A DNA stretch of 58,320 bases from a virus (taxonomy: Duplodnaviria; Caudoviricetes), in the IMG/VR virus record IMGVR_UViG_3300032134_000003, positions 1 through 58,320 of that record, one strand, 5' to 3'. Shown piece by piece: positions 19,909-28,802 of this stretch. The translations under genes were made by a program, and so were the position numbers. The notes under the pieces were generated by a model. The model was not told where the DNA came from. It saw only the letters and a program-made list of their open reading frames with translations, and ran no database searches. Each line of letters starts with the position of its first letter. Within the stretch, counting starts at the first letter, position 1.

Positions 19909-20376
19909 TCACTCATTAGTGTCTTCCTTTTCCCATGCCCTCACCTTCCTAGAGTAGACGCTTTGGGGATGGGTGAACAGCTTGCGGGCGTCTCCGGTCA
20001 CGACGAACACCGTGTTCCGACGAGCGACTTCTTGGTCGATAAACTTAGGCAGATACTTGCCGTCTAGTGGGTGACGCTTGGCGTTTGGATCGACGTAGGC
20101 TACCCACGCCACGCCCCTATCTTTATCTGACTCAGCGTGAAGCACCGCCCCGGTCCTATCGGGCCTGTGCTCTACGCCACGGCCAATCCCTCTGCGCCAC
20201 CCGCACAAGAACTCCCGGCACGACTCAGGGCGATCCTCGTAGATGCCGCACCCACTGGGCGTCAGGTGGACGCAAGGCACCCCGTTGGGTTTGTCCAACT
20301 CAGGCACCGCCATCGCCGTGCAACACAGAGTGCAAGCTCCGCACTTCCTGTCATTACCCATTAAGTCATTACCCAT
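19909..20376 (-). CDS. YkgJ/CxxCxxCC cysteine-cluster protein
   Basis: CGACTLCC...CVHL...CGIYEDRPESCREFLC. Confidence 0.85.
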   Translation of the reverse strand: MGNDLMGNDRKCGACTLCCTAMAVPELDKPNGVPCVHLTPSGCGIYEDRPESCREFLCGWRRGIGRGVEHRPDRTGAVLHAESDKDRGVAWVAYVDPNAKRHPLDGKYLPKFIDQEVARRNTVFVVTGDARKLFTHPQSVYSRKVRAWEKEDTNE

Positions 20377-20665
20377 TAAGAAAGTTTAGCATTTGGTGAT
20401 AAAAATACTTTGCTGTCCTCCTGGCCAAGATGGCGATTGCCATCCAAGGGGATGGCGATTGCCTACCATCGGGACATTCCACTTCGGCCATTGATCCGTT
20501 GACTATGGCGGGTGAGTCCCAGATGTCCATGACAGCATCGCAGTCATTGAGGCATCCATATAGCTCGACCGCCCCCGACTTAGAGATAAGGGCTACGTCA
20601 TGGCCGTGCTTCCGTGCACCCTTTAGCGCCCTTGCCCTCGTGCGCCTCGCTTCCTTGGTTCTCAT
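20369..20665 (-). CDS. Hypothetical protein
   Basis: ATG ORF tightly coupled to both neighbours. Confidence 0.6.
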   Translation of the reverse strand: MRTKEARRTRARALKGARKHGHDVALISKSGAVELYGCLNDCDAVMDIWDSPAIVNGSMAEVECPDGRQSPSPWMAIAILARRTAKYFYHQMLNFLNG

Positions 20666-21021
20666 TAGTTTGCCCGTTGGGCGTAAGTGTCTTCTTCTTC
20701 CACTCGCTCTGATAAATGGGTAGCGATCTCCAAATAATTAACGTCACGCAAGGCCCCATTCATTAGGTCCCGGTACAGGCCTTCTACGTCGGGTGCCCAT
20801 TCATCGAATTGCTCACGGAGAATACCTGAGAGATTGATGGCAGATAGTTTCTTGTTTAAGGGGTGGATGGACCCATCAGCCAGGGCCGTCTTTGCAGAAA
20901 TTTCTTCGCGGGCCAGCATCAGGCAGTGTTCATAAAGGCCTTGGTCGTTATCAATCCACAGATTAACCAACCAAGTTTCCCAATTGGTCCATCCGTTGTA
21001 GGTGTCGTCGCTAGAATTCAT
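20665..21021 (-). CDS. Conserved phage hypothetical protein (YNGW.N.ETW family)
   Basis: YNGWTNWETWLVNLWIDND...VNYLEIA motif; RBS GAGGAG. Confidence 0.75.
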   Translation of the reverse strand: MNSSDDTYNGWTNWETWLVNLWIDNDQGLYEHCLMLAREEISAKTALADGSIHPLNKKLSAINLSGILREQFDEWAPDVEGLYRDLMNGALRDVNYLEIATHLSERVEEEDTYAQRAN

Positions 21022-21023
21022 TT

Positions 21024-21203
21024 TTATTCCTCCTCGTCGTCGTCGTTGGTGGTGTAGCTGGGGTAATCGTGATCCGGTTCCTCGTCGAAGTGACTGGAAT
21101 ATTCCTCACTTCCGCACCTCGGGCACGGCCACTGCTCTGGTCCAGGCTTGTTATTCATCTCTGCCCTGCCGCAGCCCAAACACACATGATCCATGCAAGC
21201 CAC
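21024..21203 (-). CDS. Small zinc-ribbon protein (not in ORF track)
   Basis: AAGGAG RBS, GTG start; MACMDHVCLGCG...CPRCGS...acidic tail; 59 aa. Confidence 0.6.
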   Translation of the reverse strand: MACMDHVCLGCGRAEMNNKPGPEQWPCPRCGSEEYSSHFDEEPDHDYPSYTTNDDDEEE

Positions 21204-21218
21204 TGTTGAACTCCTTGT

Positions 21219-22532
21219 TTAAATGTGAACCACTTTACCAAATAGTTTGCGCCCGCCTGGCGAGCGGAGGCTGGGCGCTCGGCCAGTTGTAATCCATAGG
21301 ACCGGGAAGTTGGGGTTCCTGTCCCCGACAGACCCGTAACCATCAGTGAAGTACACGAGCCCTCCGACATCTTCATTGGTCTTATCTATGTAATCGAATA
21401 TAGGATCGAACGATGTCCCGCCGCCCCCGAAGATGTTTAGCTCCATGGCGTCTGCTCCAGTTCCGTTCTTCAGGTCTATGTCGTACCACGGCTCATCGGT
21501 ATCAGCATTCTTGTGTATCACACGGTCCACATAGGCTACTCGGATTTTACTTAACCCTAGTTCCTTCGACCACTTCACTAGATTGCTCCGACATTTTTCA
21601 AAATCATCTCGGCCCATGGAAGCTGAAGAATCAATGCAAGCATAGAGTGTGTGAGGAGTTTTTATCTTGCTTGGTAAATATATCTTTTTGTGCAAGAACC
21701 GCCTGTTCGGGCGCTTGTAGCTGCGGACATGGGAGAAGTGTTTTTTTAAGAAGTGTCGGATGTGGTCTGACGATGCAGTCTTTCCAGTCGATGTAAAGAT
21801 CTTGTCAACCATGGAGCCCGTGCCCCCACCCACCTGTCTCTCAAGCATTGCCGCCTCTGCCACACGACGGTTGATATTCTGCTCCTCTTTGGCTATCGCG
21901 TCCTTGGCCTCCTGAGAATCCCCCTTGCATTCTTGAGGGACTAGGATCTCCCCACATCCATTGTCTGAGGGACCATTGGCGTTGCCTTGGCCACCTGTGG
22001 CCTTACCTTGGCCACTTCCATTCTTAGGCTTGGGCTTCCATCCCTTGTCTAGAAGGTCGTTGCATATCTTCTCGACGGGCCATCCGCAGGTAGAGTAATG
22101 GTCATCCCATAAAACATTATCTGGTAATGTAAAGTCCACGCCGTAGTTCGGACTATGCATTATGGCACCGTTGATAGAATAGTCAGCACCTATATTCCAC
22201 AACTCGCTGGCGTCCTCTGTGGAGAGAATGCAACGTTTCATCCATAGCGCGAGTCGTAGGTGGTGCTTGTTCCCGATGTGTAGGGATTCGTGAATCATAA
22301 TCCCACGAGTGTCGAGATCGTTTATGGATTCCGCGTAAGATCTGTTGACCAGAATTACTTTTCCATCGGTAGCAAACGTCCGCACCTGATCACTTACCTC
22401 AATGGGCAAGAAACCCATCAGTTGGTGCGAGCCCGGCGCACACCCAAATAACTTGGAGCGTTGTTTCTTTACGCGCCTTACTATTAGCTCGTCATCCGTC
22501 AATATCGAACGCTTCGATTGACCTGCGTACAT
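21219..22532 (-). CDS. Metallopeptidase + VWA domain protein (DUF2201-like)
   Basis: ATDG...HESLH (HExxH); DSSASM MIDAS, GGGGTSF, YFTDGYG. Confidence 0.85.
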   Translation of the reverse strand: MYAGQSKRSILTDDELIVRRVKKQRSKLFGCAPGSHQLMGFLPIEVSDQVRTFATDGKVILVNRSYAESINDLDTRGIMIHESLHIGNKHHLRLALWMKRCILSTEDASELWNIGADYSINGAIMHSPNYGVDFTLPDNVLWDDHYSTCGWPVEKICNDLLDKGWKPKPKNGSGQGKATGGQGNANGPSDNGCGEILVPQECKGDSQEAKDAIAKEEQNINRRVAEAAMLERQVGGGTGSMVDKIFTSTGKTASSDHIRHFLKKHFSHVRSYKRPNRRFLHKKIYLPSKIKTPHTLYACIDSSASMGRDDFEKCRSNLVKWSKELGLSKIRVAYVDRVIHKNADTDEPWYDIDLKNGTGADAMELNIFGGGGTSFDPIFDYIDKTNEDVGGLVYFTDGYGSVGDRNPNFPVLWITTGRAPSLRSPGGRKLFGKVVHI

Positions 22533-22633
22533 ACCTCCCCCTTTCTCAGTTTTCTGAGGTTATTACCTGGTTAAAATCTCTGGCTAAATTTATTTTTTTA
22601 TGTAGCAGTAGATCGTCAGGGCTGTCTTTCCAA

Positions 22634-23617
22634 TCAGTTGCCCATGAACTTGTCAAACCTATCTGTCGCGGGCGCTACTGCTGTGCTGATCTCAGCTAAC
22701 TTGTCGCGAACGCTCTTCCTGTCGGTGCCATCCTCGCCGGATAGGGCGGAGCGGGCAGAGCGGAGATCGCCACCTCCTATATCTTTTATACTTACCATCA
22801 GGTCTCGGATCTTGTCAGCGGCGTCGGTCAAGTCCTCGTCATCCAGTGCTTGACGCCACACATCAATTTTATCAGCCAAGTCTTCTAATTTCTTCCAACC
22901 CTTTTCGTATGGAAGGGTGTTCTTCCTGTTGTCATCCGCAACGTGGACGTACTCGTCAATACGTTTCACGATAGCGTTCGCCTCAGCCATAACGCTGTCC
23001 GCAATACCTCCCACGACATTTGCTATCTTCTGGGCTTGCTCGCGCCTCGCTCCCTCTACGCATCTATCCAAAACTTCTGACGGAGCCTTGAGCCTGATGT
23101 CATTACCGATGTTAGCTTCATCTACGAGCGGCTTGATCCGGACATCCCACTTGTATCTCTTTCGTAGGTCCTCAACGGGTATGAAATATTCTTGGAACCT
23201 ACCATTCAACTGGGTCATTGCCTCGGCCCTAAACAAATCCCACTGGGAAAATAAATTACTTTCCAGCACGCGCTCCCATTCCGTCCTATAGCCAGCCATC
23301 GTTTCTTCGTATTCGACCAGTCTGTCCGGCGCAAGTAGGTATTCGTTGCCACTGACACGACCGCCGTTGTCATTGTTTCGTGACGTACTCCATGGGTCGG
23401 TCACGCTCTTCATGTACTGCCTAGCTTTGTTCACTGGGCCTTTGATCGCTCGCACTATCGCCTCATCGACGATAGCTACCTGCCCCTTGGCCCTGCGCTT
23501 GTCTATTCCCGTGGCATCTGCCCCGGCATCAGACAATTCACTGCACCTCTTTAGGTGGCCGTACTGATCGACGTTGAAGGTAGTGAGCATGAAGTGTTCA
23601 AAAAGTTTCTTATTCAT
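22634..23617 (-). CDS. Helical protein associated with AAA/VWA genes (DUF3150-like)
   Basis: 327 aa, all-alpha character, between ATPase and VWA genes. Confidence 0.55.
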   Translation of the reverse strand: MNKKLFEHFMLTTFNVDQYGHLKRCSELSDAGADATGIDKRRAKGQVAIVDEAIVRAIKGPVNKARQYMKSVTDPWSTSRNNDNGGRVSGNEYLLAPDRLVEYEETMAGYRTEWERVLESNLFSQWDLFRAEAMTQLNGRFQEYFIPVEDLRKRYKWDVRIKPLVDEANIGNDIRLKAPSEVLDRCVEGARREQAQKIANVVGGIADSVMAEANAIVKRIDEYVHVADDNRKNTLPYEKGWKKLEDLADKIDVWRQALDDEDLTDAADKIRDLMVSIKDIGGGDLRSARSALSGEDGTDRKSVRDKLAEISTAVAPATDRFDKFMGN

Positions 23618-23626
23618 GTGTGTTCC

Positions 23627-24814
23627 CTAGAAGTAAAAGTCTTGATTTCTGGTGTAGTGTCTTACGAATTCCTCTTCTGTTTGAATGTCCTTGTTTAGTG
23701 CAAGCGCCGCACTCACACAGGCGACGGACGCTTCTTGGTCGATTCTGTTTACAAACTTAATTATATTATTAATCTGGCTGGCTCCTCCAAGTGCATTGTA
23801 AGTACTACGTTTTTTATCCAAGCGAGACACGAGCATACAAATAACACTGCATAGCAGCGCCCTCCCGTTGCGGCTTGTGTCTCTCTTGAGCTTATCTATC
23901 TCAGGGCCGTAGCTGTCGGGGTCCGCGAGCATCATGTCTAGGTCCCCAAAATCTTTTCCCGCCTTGTATGTCGAGAACAATTCTGCCGTGCCTCGGAAGC
24001 CAATAAGCCCTAGCACTATGGCCTCAGAGACGGGGGACTCCATGTCCAGTCCATCCCTTAACAAATTACTGGTCTGGAAAACTGTGCTAGGCGTACAGAA
24101 AGGTTGCCCACTCGCCTCATCGTTCTGGGTGAATAAGAACTGGTCGCCTTGGTACTTGAGGATGGTTGACACCAGGGGGTGCAATTCGTCCTTGTGATAT
24201 TTCAAGAAGCCCTTGACGGTGGCTCGTACCTGTAGGATGCACGCCCTCCTGATCAAGTCACTGTGCATAGCGAACGCCCCCGCTCCATCGTCCGCACCGT
24301 TGGTTGTGCCGATGAAGTATGTGTGGGGCGGCACTTGGTAGTTGGTGCCCAGAGTTCTCTCGTTAAAAAGCTCTGACCAGATCTTAAAGTTCTCTGGCTT
24401 CTTCCCCATCTCTTCGGCAATGACAGTACAGCGGATGTCTTCCCGCTCCACACCCTTCGTCCAACTTGCATCTGCTCCCGGCAACGCAGTCGTGACGTAC
24501 CTGTCGTAGGTACTATCTCCGATAGCGGGCATTGCGAAATCTTCTGGATCGTATCCGGTAGCATTAAAGACCTGCATACCGTACTCGCCTGCTCCTGGCC
24601 TACTACCAGAATTGCAGTTCACAATTGACATGGGCTCACCGTCATTGTGGCGGCGAGAGATCTCTATAACCGCCTGCTTGGCGGCAGCAGTCTTACCATG
24701 CCCCGGTGGTCCAGACAGAATCACTGGATAGCCTTCCCTCTCTAGCTGGGCGGCGGCTTCGGGCACCTCGCTCGGCTCCACGAACTGTCTAAGGTGATAC
24801 TCTGAATCGTGCAT
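23627..24814 (-). CDS. MoxR-like AAA+ ATPase
   Basis: Walker A GPPGHGKT, Walker B-like VIAEE, sensor GTTN. Confidence 0.8.
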   Translation of the reverse strand: MHDSEYHLRQFVEPSEVPEAAAQLEREGYPVILSGPPGHGKTAAAKQAVIEISRRHNDGEPMSIVNCNSGSRPGAGEYGMQVFNATGYDPEDFAMPAIGDSTYDRYVTTALPGADASWTKGVEREDIRCTVIAEEMGKKPENFKIWSELFNERTLGTNYQVPPHTYFIGTTNGADDGAGAFAMHSDLIRRACILQVRATVKGFLKYHKDELHPLVSTILKYQGDQFLFTQNDEASGQPFCTPSTVFQTSNLLRDGLDMESPVSEAIVLGLIGFRGTAELFSTYKAGKDFGDLDMMLADPDSYGPEIDKLKRDTSRNGRALLCSVICMLVSRLDKKRSTYNALGGASQINNIIKFVNRIDQEASVACVSAALALNKDIQTEEEFVRHYTRNQDFYF

Positions 24815-24888
24815 ACCTACCTCCTCTTTCTAGAACTGAGGGGAATTTTTCCCCTACCTTGTTTCGATCCTACGGGTACAACTATTCA

Positions 24889-25188
24889 CTACACACCCCC
24901 TCCTTTGGTAATTTCTTGCAAGCGGTTATAGAGTGATTCTGTCTGGGCCTCTGTGGCGCTCATGCGTCCCCCCGCCACCTTATGATATTCACTAAGTATG
25001 GATTCGATTTTTGCCACCACTGCGACCACGCGCTTGTGTAGTCGGCCTTCTTCTTGGTCGTGCCACACCAAAAATGTTGCCTTGTCCTGACAGCATGGTC
25101 CCCTTGCAGAGTTAAGATTCTCTGCTACTTCAGTCATGTCATCAATACAAGCCTCTAAGTTCTCTGCCATCCAAGATGATAGCGCCAT
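24889..25188 (-). CDS. Hypothetical protein
   Basis: ATG with GAGGA RBS in the minus-strand operon. Confidence 0.6.
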   Translation of the reverse strand: MALSSWMAENLEACIDDMTEVAENLNSARGPCCQDKATFLVWHDQEEGRLHKRVVAVVAKIESILSEYHKVAGGRMSATEAQTESLYNRLQEITKGGGV

Positions 25189-25210
25189 AATAATCCTCTA
25201 AGTTTTATTT

Positions 25211-25432
25211 TTAATAAGTTCTGGTTTCACGCAAACTGTAGCCACTACTGAAACCCACATCTATCAACTCGTATACCATGTACTCGACCTCTCTCACTCT
25301 GGCGTCGGATTCTGTCCTCAGTGTTCGCCGTGTGTAAGCTCCTTGGGATAGCTCGGACTCCACCCTTAGGCTGATAGCTTCCCGTATCTGCGCCATTAAT
25401 TTGTCTACGTCATCCCTGCTCGGATGCAGCAT
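25211..25432 (-). CDS. Hypothetical protein
   Basis: ATG with GGAGGAG RBS. Confidence 0.6.
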   Translation of the reverse strand: MLHPSRDDVDKLMAQIREAISLRVESELSQGAYTRRTLRTESDARVREVEYMVYELIDVGFSSGYSLRETRTY

Positions 25433-25476
25433 AATCTCCTCCCTGGTCTATAAATTTATTCACGGACATCCCCTTG

Positions 25477-25602
25477 CTATCTGCTCTCGCCCCTGTAATA
25501 GGCACTGATATCAGCTATGACCCACGCGGATATCACACCTGCGGCGTACCCGATTACAAATATTAAAACAAAGTCGTAGAATACTTCGCTGAGAATATTC
25601 AT
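25477..25602 (-). CDS. Small membrane peptide (not in ORF track)
   Basis: MNILSEVFYDFVLIFVIGYAAGVISAWVIA..., 41 aa, hydrophobic. Confidence 0.45.
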   Translation of the reverse strand: MNILSEVFYDFVLIFVIGYAAGVISAWVIADISAYYRGESR

Positions 25603-25605
25603 AGC

Positions 25606-25794
25606 TTAGTAATCCTCCGGTTCGATGGGCTCGTCCGCCCAATAGCCTGAGTCGGTGAGAACGTCCTGTCGATACTTGGACAGCTTCTCGTCCACACAGT
25701 CATCGCATACCTTGCACAAGGGGATGCCCCGTGCGTCTACTTCCCACCATGTGAAGGGCTGTGTGTGGCTGTGCCCACATGTCACGCCCTTCAT
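25606..25794 (-). CDS. Hypothetical Cys-containing protein
   Basis: DARGIPLCKVCDDC; overlaps upstream stop. Confidence 0.65.
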   Translation of the reverse strand: MKGVTCGHSHTQPFTWWEVDARGIPLCKVCDDCVDEKLSKYRQDVLTDSGYWADEPIEPEDY

Positions 25795-25985
25795 TCTCCC
25801 GTCATCCTGAAGAGTAGCGATATCTCGTGGTTGGTGGCACGGTGTAGCCTGTCGATCTGCTCAAAGAGGAAGGGGGAGCTATCTAGGTCCTGATCTGACT
25901 TAGCCTCCCACCATGCATTGATGGTGGCTTCCCGTATCTTTCGCAGTCTCATGCGCTGGCGCTCTAGTCCATTGTTCTTGCTCAT
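25791..25985 (-). CDS. Hypothetical protein
   Basis: AGGAG RBS upstream; coupled to downstream gene. Confidence 0.6.
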   Translation of the reverse strand: MSKNNGLERQRMRLRKIREATINAWWEAKSDQDLDSSPFLFEQIDRLHRATNHEISLLFRMTGE

Positions 25986-26049
25986 CGCTTGACGTTCTCC
26001 TGTATTAATGGGGAAAACTTCCCCGGTTATGGTATTACTTCCTCGTCCC

Positions 26050-26553
26050 CTAGAAATTTCCCTCGGCTACTTGAAATACCGTGAGCCCTAGTTCCCGATA
26101 GGCTTTTACCACCGTGGCCCTGTCATCAAAGATGATGTCGGGCGGGTGATCCCAGTCGATGAACTCCATCTTGGCAACGTGATCGCGACGGCGGTCGCCA
26201 TCCTTTCTCATCTTCAAGCGCCACGATGAATCGACCAACCGGCTTAACTTCACAAGATACAGAGGGTAACCCCATCCCTTCGCGCATACCTCACGGGTCA
26301 GAACGTATTTGTTCAACCATTCAACTGTCGTGTCCCGCTCGGCTTCCCTCCTGCCCGTCCAGAACTCCACGGTATGACCCGCAAGCATTAGATCTTGGCA
26401 AAGTTTCACGGTCTGAGGTATCGGAGCGTCCCGCTCGCACGCTGCAAAGAATCCATCCCAATCTTTTTTCTCGCCCACCGACTCGGGTTGGATGAAGTGC
26501 AGACGATGGTCTAAATTCGACAGTGTATTGTCGATATCGAATACAATTTTCAT
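26050..26553 (-). CDS. HAD-family phosphatase (T4 PNK 3'-phosphatase-like domain)
   Basis: FDIDNT, TGR, K and FDDR HAD motifs; FQVAEGNF end. Confidence 0.85.
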   Translation of the reverse strand: MKIVFDIDNTLSNLDHRLHFIQPESVGEKKDWDGFFAACERDAPIPQTVKLCQDLMLAGHTVEFWTGRREAERDTTVEWLNKYVLTREVCAKGWGYPLYLVKLSRLVDSSWRLKMRKDGDRRRDHVAKMEFIDWDHPPDIIFDDRATVVKAYRELGLTVFQVAEGNF

Positions 26554-26592
26554 AGTTCTCCTCCCTAGGGGAAAATTTCCCCGGTTATGGTA

Positions 26593-26769
26593 TTACTTCC
26601 TTGCCGCATCCCACAGTTCGTGGGCGTACCACCACGCCAACAGCAACACGGCCAGCCCTCGCACAGCCCACAGCGGCGGGTCGTGTCTGGCCTCCCCGAG
26701 CGCGTCGTCCCAGTCTTTGCGGGTGATCTCCCAGCGCATTCCCATCACTAGGCCCTCTGTTGTACTCAT
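26593..26769 (-). CDS. Small hypothetical protein (not in ORF track)
   Basis: AAGGAG RBS, ATG 26769, 58 aa ending ...DAARK*. Confidence 0.6.
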   Translation of the reverse strand: MSTTEGLVMGMRWEITRKDWDDALGEARHDPPLWAVRGLAVLLLAWWYAHELWDAARK

Positions 26770-26793
26770 GATCGGTCTCCTTCGGTTACTGGT

Positions 26794-27564
26794 TTACTTC
26801 CGCTCATCCGGCAAGCCGCAGTAGAGGCATTCATCCATTGCGGGATCTTTGTAGCTGTCGTAGACGCAGAGCATGACCGGCGACTCCTCGCAGCCCCAAG
26901 TACAATGACCCAGCCTAGGGGAGACAGCGAACTCGTGACCATCCGTTTCATCTGAATGGTAGGTTCCAACAGTGTAGGAGACTGCTTCATCTAGGATGCC
27001 AGCGATTGTAACGCCCGCGTCCCTCTGCATGCTCACCATTAACTCTAGGATGGAACGTATATCCCACTTGCTCATGGTCATGGTGCTTTTACACCCACGG
27101 TCGGGTGGCTCCAACAATCCCTTCGGGAGTTTACCCTTCAGTCCAGAACCATCCTCCGGTGCTTCTGCTACCTCGTAAAGATCGCTGCAATCTTTCAACA
27201 CATCATCCCACCCTATGTCTTCGGCTTTCCCACCCATTCTCTCCTTGGCTGCCTCAAGGGACTCCACACACTCGGGTTTTGTGCAGGGTCCGTGGCCTCC
27301 ACAGTAGAGACACACCCATGGGGAAAATTTCCCCGGCTTATCTACCTCTGGATTCGGATTCCCATACCATTTGGGCTGATCCTTAATGGTCTTTAGCCGC
27401 TTTATTCTGGAGGGGATCACGACCATATCATTACACACAGTGCAACATCGACCATCATTTACTGGTTCTGCATTATGTCCTCCGGTCCAGTAAACTTCCC
27501 CTATTTCGGGGTGCCTAGTACCATGCATGTCATCAACCGGCCCACTGCAAATGGAACATTGCAT
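26794..27564 (-). CDS. Cys-rich multi-zinc-binding hypothetical protein
   Basis: CSIC, CCTVC, CLYC (x2) clusters; AGGAGG RBS. Confidence 0.65.
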   Translation of the reverse strand: MQCSICSGPVDDMHGTRHPEIGEVYWTGGHNAEPVNDGRCCTVCNDMVVIPSRIKRLKTIKDQPKWYGNPNPEVDKPGKFSPWVCLYCGGHGPCTKPECVESLEAAKERMGGKAEDIGWDDVLKDCSDLYEVAEAPEDGSGLKGKLPKGLLEPPDRGCKSTMTMSKWDIRSILELMVSMQRDAGVTIAGILDEAVSYTVGTYHSDETDGHEFAVSPRLGHCTWGCEESPVMLCVYDSYKDPAMDECLYCGLPDERK

Positions 27565-27609
27565 ACTGCTATCCTCCTGTGCTTGGGGAAAATTTCCCCG
27601 GTTATGGTA

Positions 27610-28137
27610 TTACTTCCTCTTGGCCATTCCGGCCTTGCGTCCAATCACGGACGTATCCACGGCCTGCTTCATGCACTTGCTGTGGTCCGTGACCAAGCGC
27701 ATGGTGTTGCCAGCGGCCATCCACGCCCGCCGCATATCCCTGCCACACCCATGGCACGCATGCTCCTTGGGTATTCTCCGGATGCCGCTCGCTAGTGGGG
27801 AAGTTTTCCCCATAGTTGGGCTGGCCTTGACTGCGCCCGCGCTGAACCCCTCAACGGATCGCGTCTGCTCCGTCGCACGATGGCTGTAATCAGCAGGGTC
27901 GGTTCTTCCCTGCGAGTATTGGCCTGTCGTGTTAGGAACCCATTGCTGGTGCTTCCCTTCCCGCTTCCATGGCTTGACTAACGGTATCGGCAAGAGGTGT
28001 TCGATCTTGCGTAGCCACTTGTCATAAGCCTCCTCATACGACTGGCATCTAACTGCCATGAAGTAGACGGATGGACTTATCGCCTTGGCGCAGGTGGGAA
28101 CGTTCGCGGCCACAGCCGCGTTGATCCCGTACGGCAT
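27610..28137 (-). CDS. Hypothetical protein, first gene of the minus-strand accessory operon
   Basis: GAGGAGG RBS; downstream of predicted promoter. Confidence 0.6.
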   Translation of the reverse strand: MPYGINAAVAANVPTCAKAISPSVYFMAVRCQSYEEAYDKWLRKIEHLLPIPLVKPWKREGKHQQWVPNTTGQYSQGRTDPADYSHRATEQTRSVEGFSAGAVKASPTMGKTSPLASGIRRIPKEHACHGCGRDMRRAWMAAGNTMRLVTDHSKCMKQAVDTSVIGRKAGMAKRK

Positions 28138-28246
28138 CTGCTAGTGCCTCCTCTTGGGTCGTGCCTTCGGTTGGGGAAATTTTCCCCATATGGGTGGCGG
28201 GTACACCTCTCCTGTAAGGCCCCGCGCCTTCTTTATCCTACCAATA

Positions 28247-28275
28247 AATATAACCAATTTCAAGATTTGTGTAAA
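28247..28275 (-). promoter_or_regulatory. Sigma70-type promoter for the leftward operon
   Basis: TTTACA-N17-TATATT on the minus strand. Confidence 0.6.
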
Positions 28276-28329
28276 TCCCTATCTAACCCAAGGCTGGGCT
28301 GACCTGATGGAGGGGAAAGTTTCCCCCTG

Positions 28330-28358
28330 TTGACGGGGTGAGGGGCTAATGGTAAAGT
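28330..28358 (+). promoter_or_regulatory. Sigma70-type promoter for terS
   Basis: TTGACG-N17-TAAAGT with extended TG; palindrome at 28312-28326 just upstream. Confidence 0.55.
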
Positions 28359-28364
28359 AGGATT

Positions 28365-28802
28365 ATGACTAATCCCAATGGTGTTAGCCCGAAACAGTCG
28401 GCGTTCGCGGCCTTTGTGGCTGAAGGCGATAGCTACACGGACGCCTATCGCAAGGCGTATGATGCGTCGAACATGAAGGATCAGGTGGTGTGGAACGCAT
28501 CGTCTCGACTGGCGAAGAACAAGAAGGTGCAACTGCATATCGACGCACTAAAGAAGCGTGACGCCACGGCGGTCAAGGCGCAGGAGAAACTAAGCAAAGA
28601 CTGGGTGGTTCAGCGATTGCAGGACGAAGCGCAGAACAGTAAGAACCCTGCCGCGACCCGCGTGCGGGCACTTGAGTTGCTTGGCAAGACAAGCGGATTG
28701 TTTGAGGAGTCTACTCACATCACGTTTGAGAATCGTACCCCTGAAGATGTCGAGAAAGAACTGCTAGAGAAGCTGGCTGTCTTGTTCCCAGCGAAGGCCT
28801 GA
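28365..28802 (+). CDS. terS: Terminase small subunit
   Basis: SPKQ..FA..V..G.S..DAYRKAY...ASSRL...V...I...RVRALELLGK..GLF pattern. Confidence 0.8.
   Translation: MTNPNGVSPKQSAFAAFVAEGDSYTDAYRKAYDASNMKDQVVWNASSRLAKNKKVQLHIDALKKRDATAVKAQEKLSKDWVVQRLQDEAQNSKNPAATRVRALELLGKTSGLFEESTHITFENRTPEDVEKELLEKLAVLFPAKA

Noticed and set aside
19527-19916. 129-aa minus-strand ORF
   Set aside because: Runs through the terminator hairpin and tRNA fragment, with no recognisable motif; left uncalled
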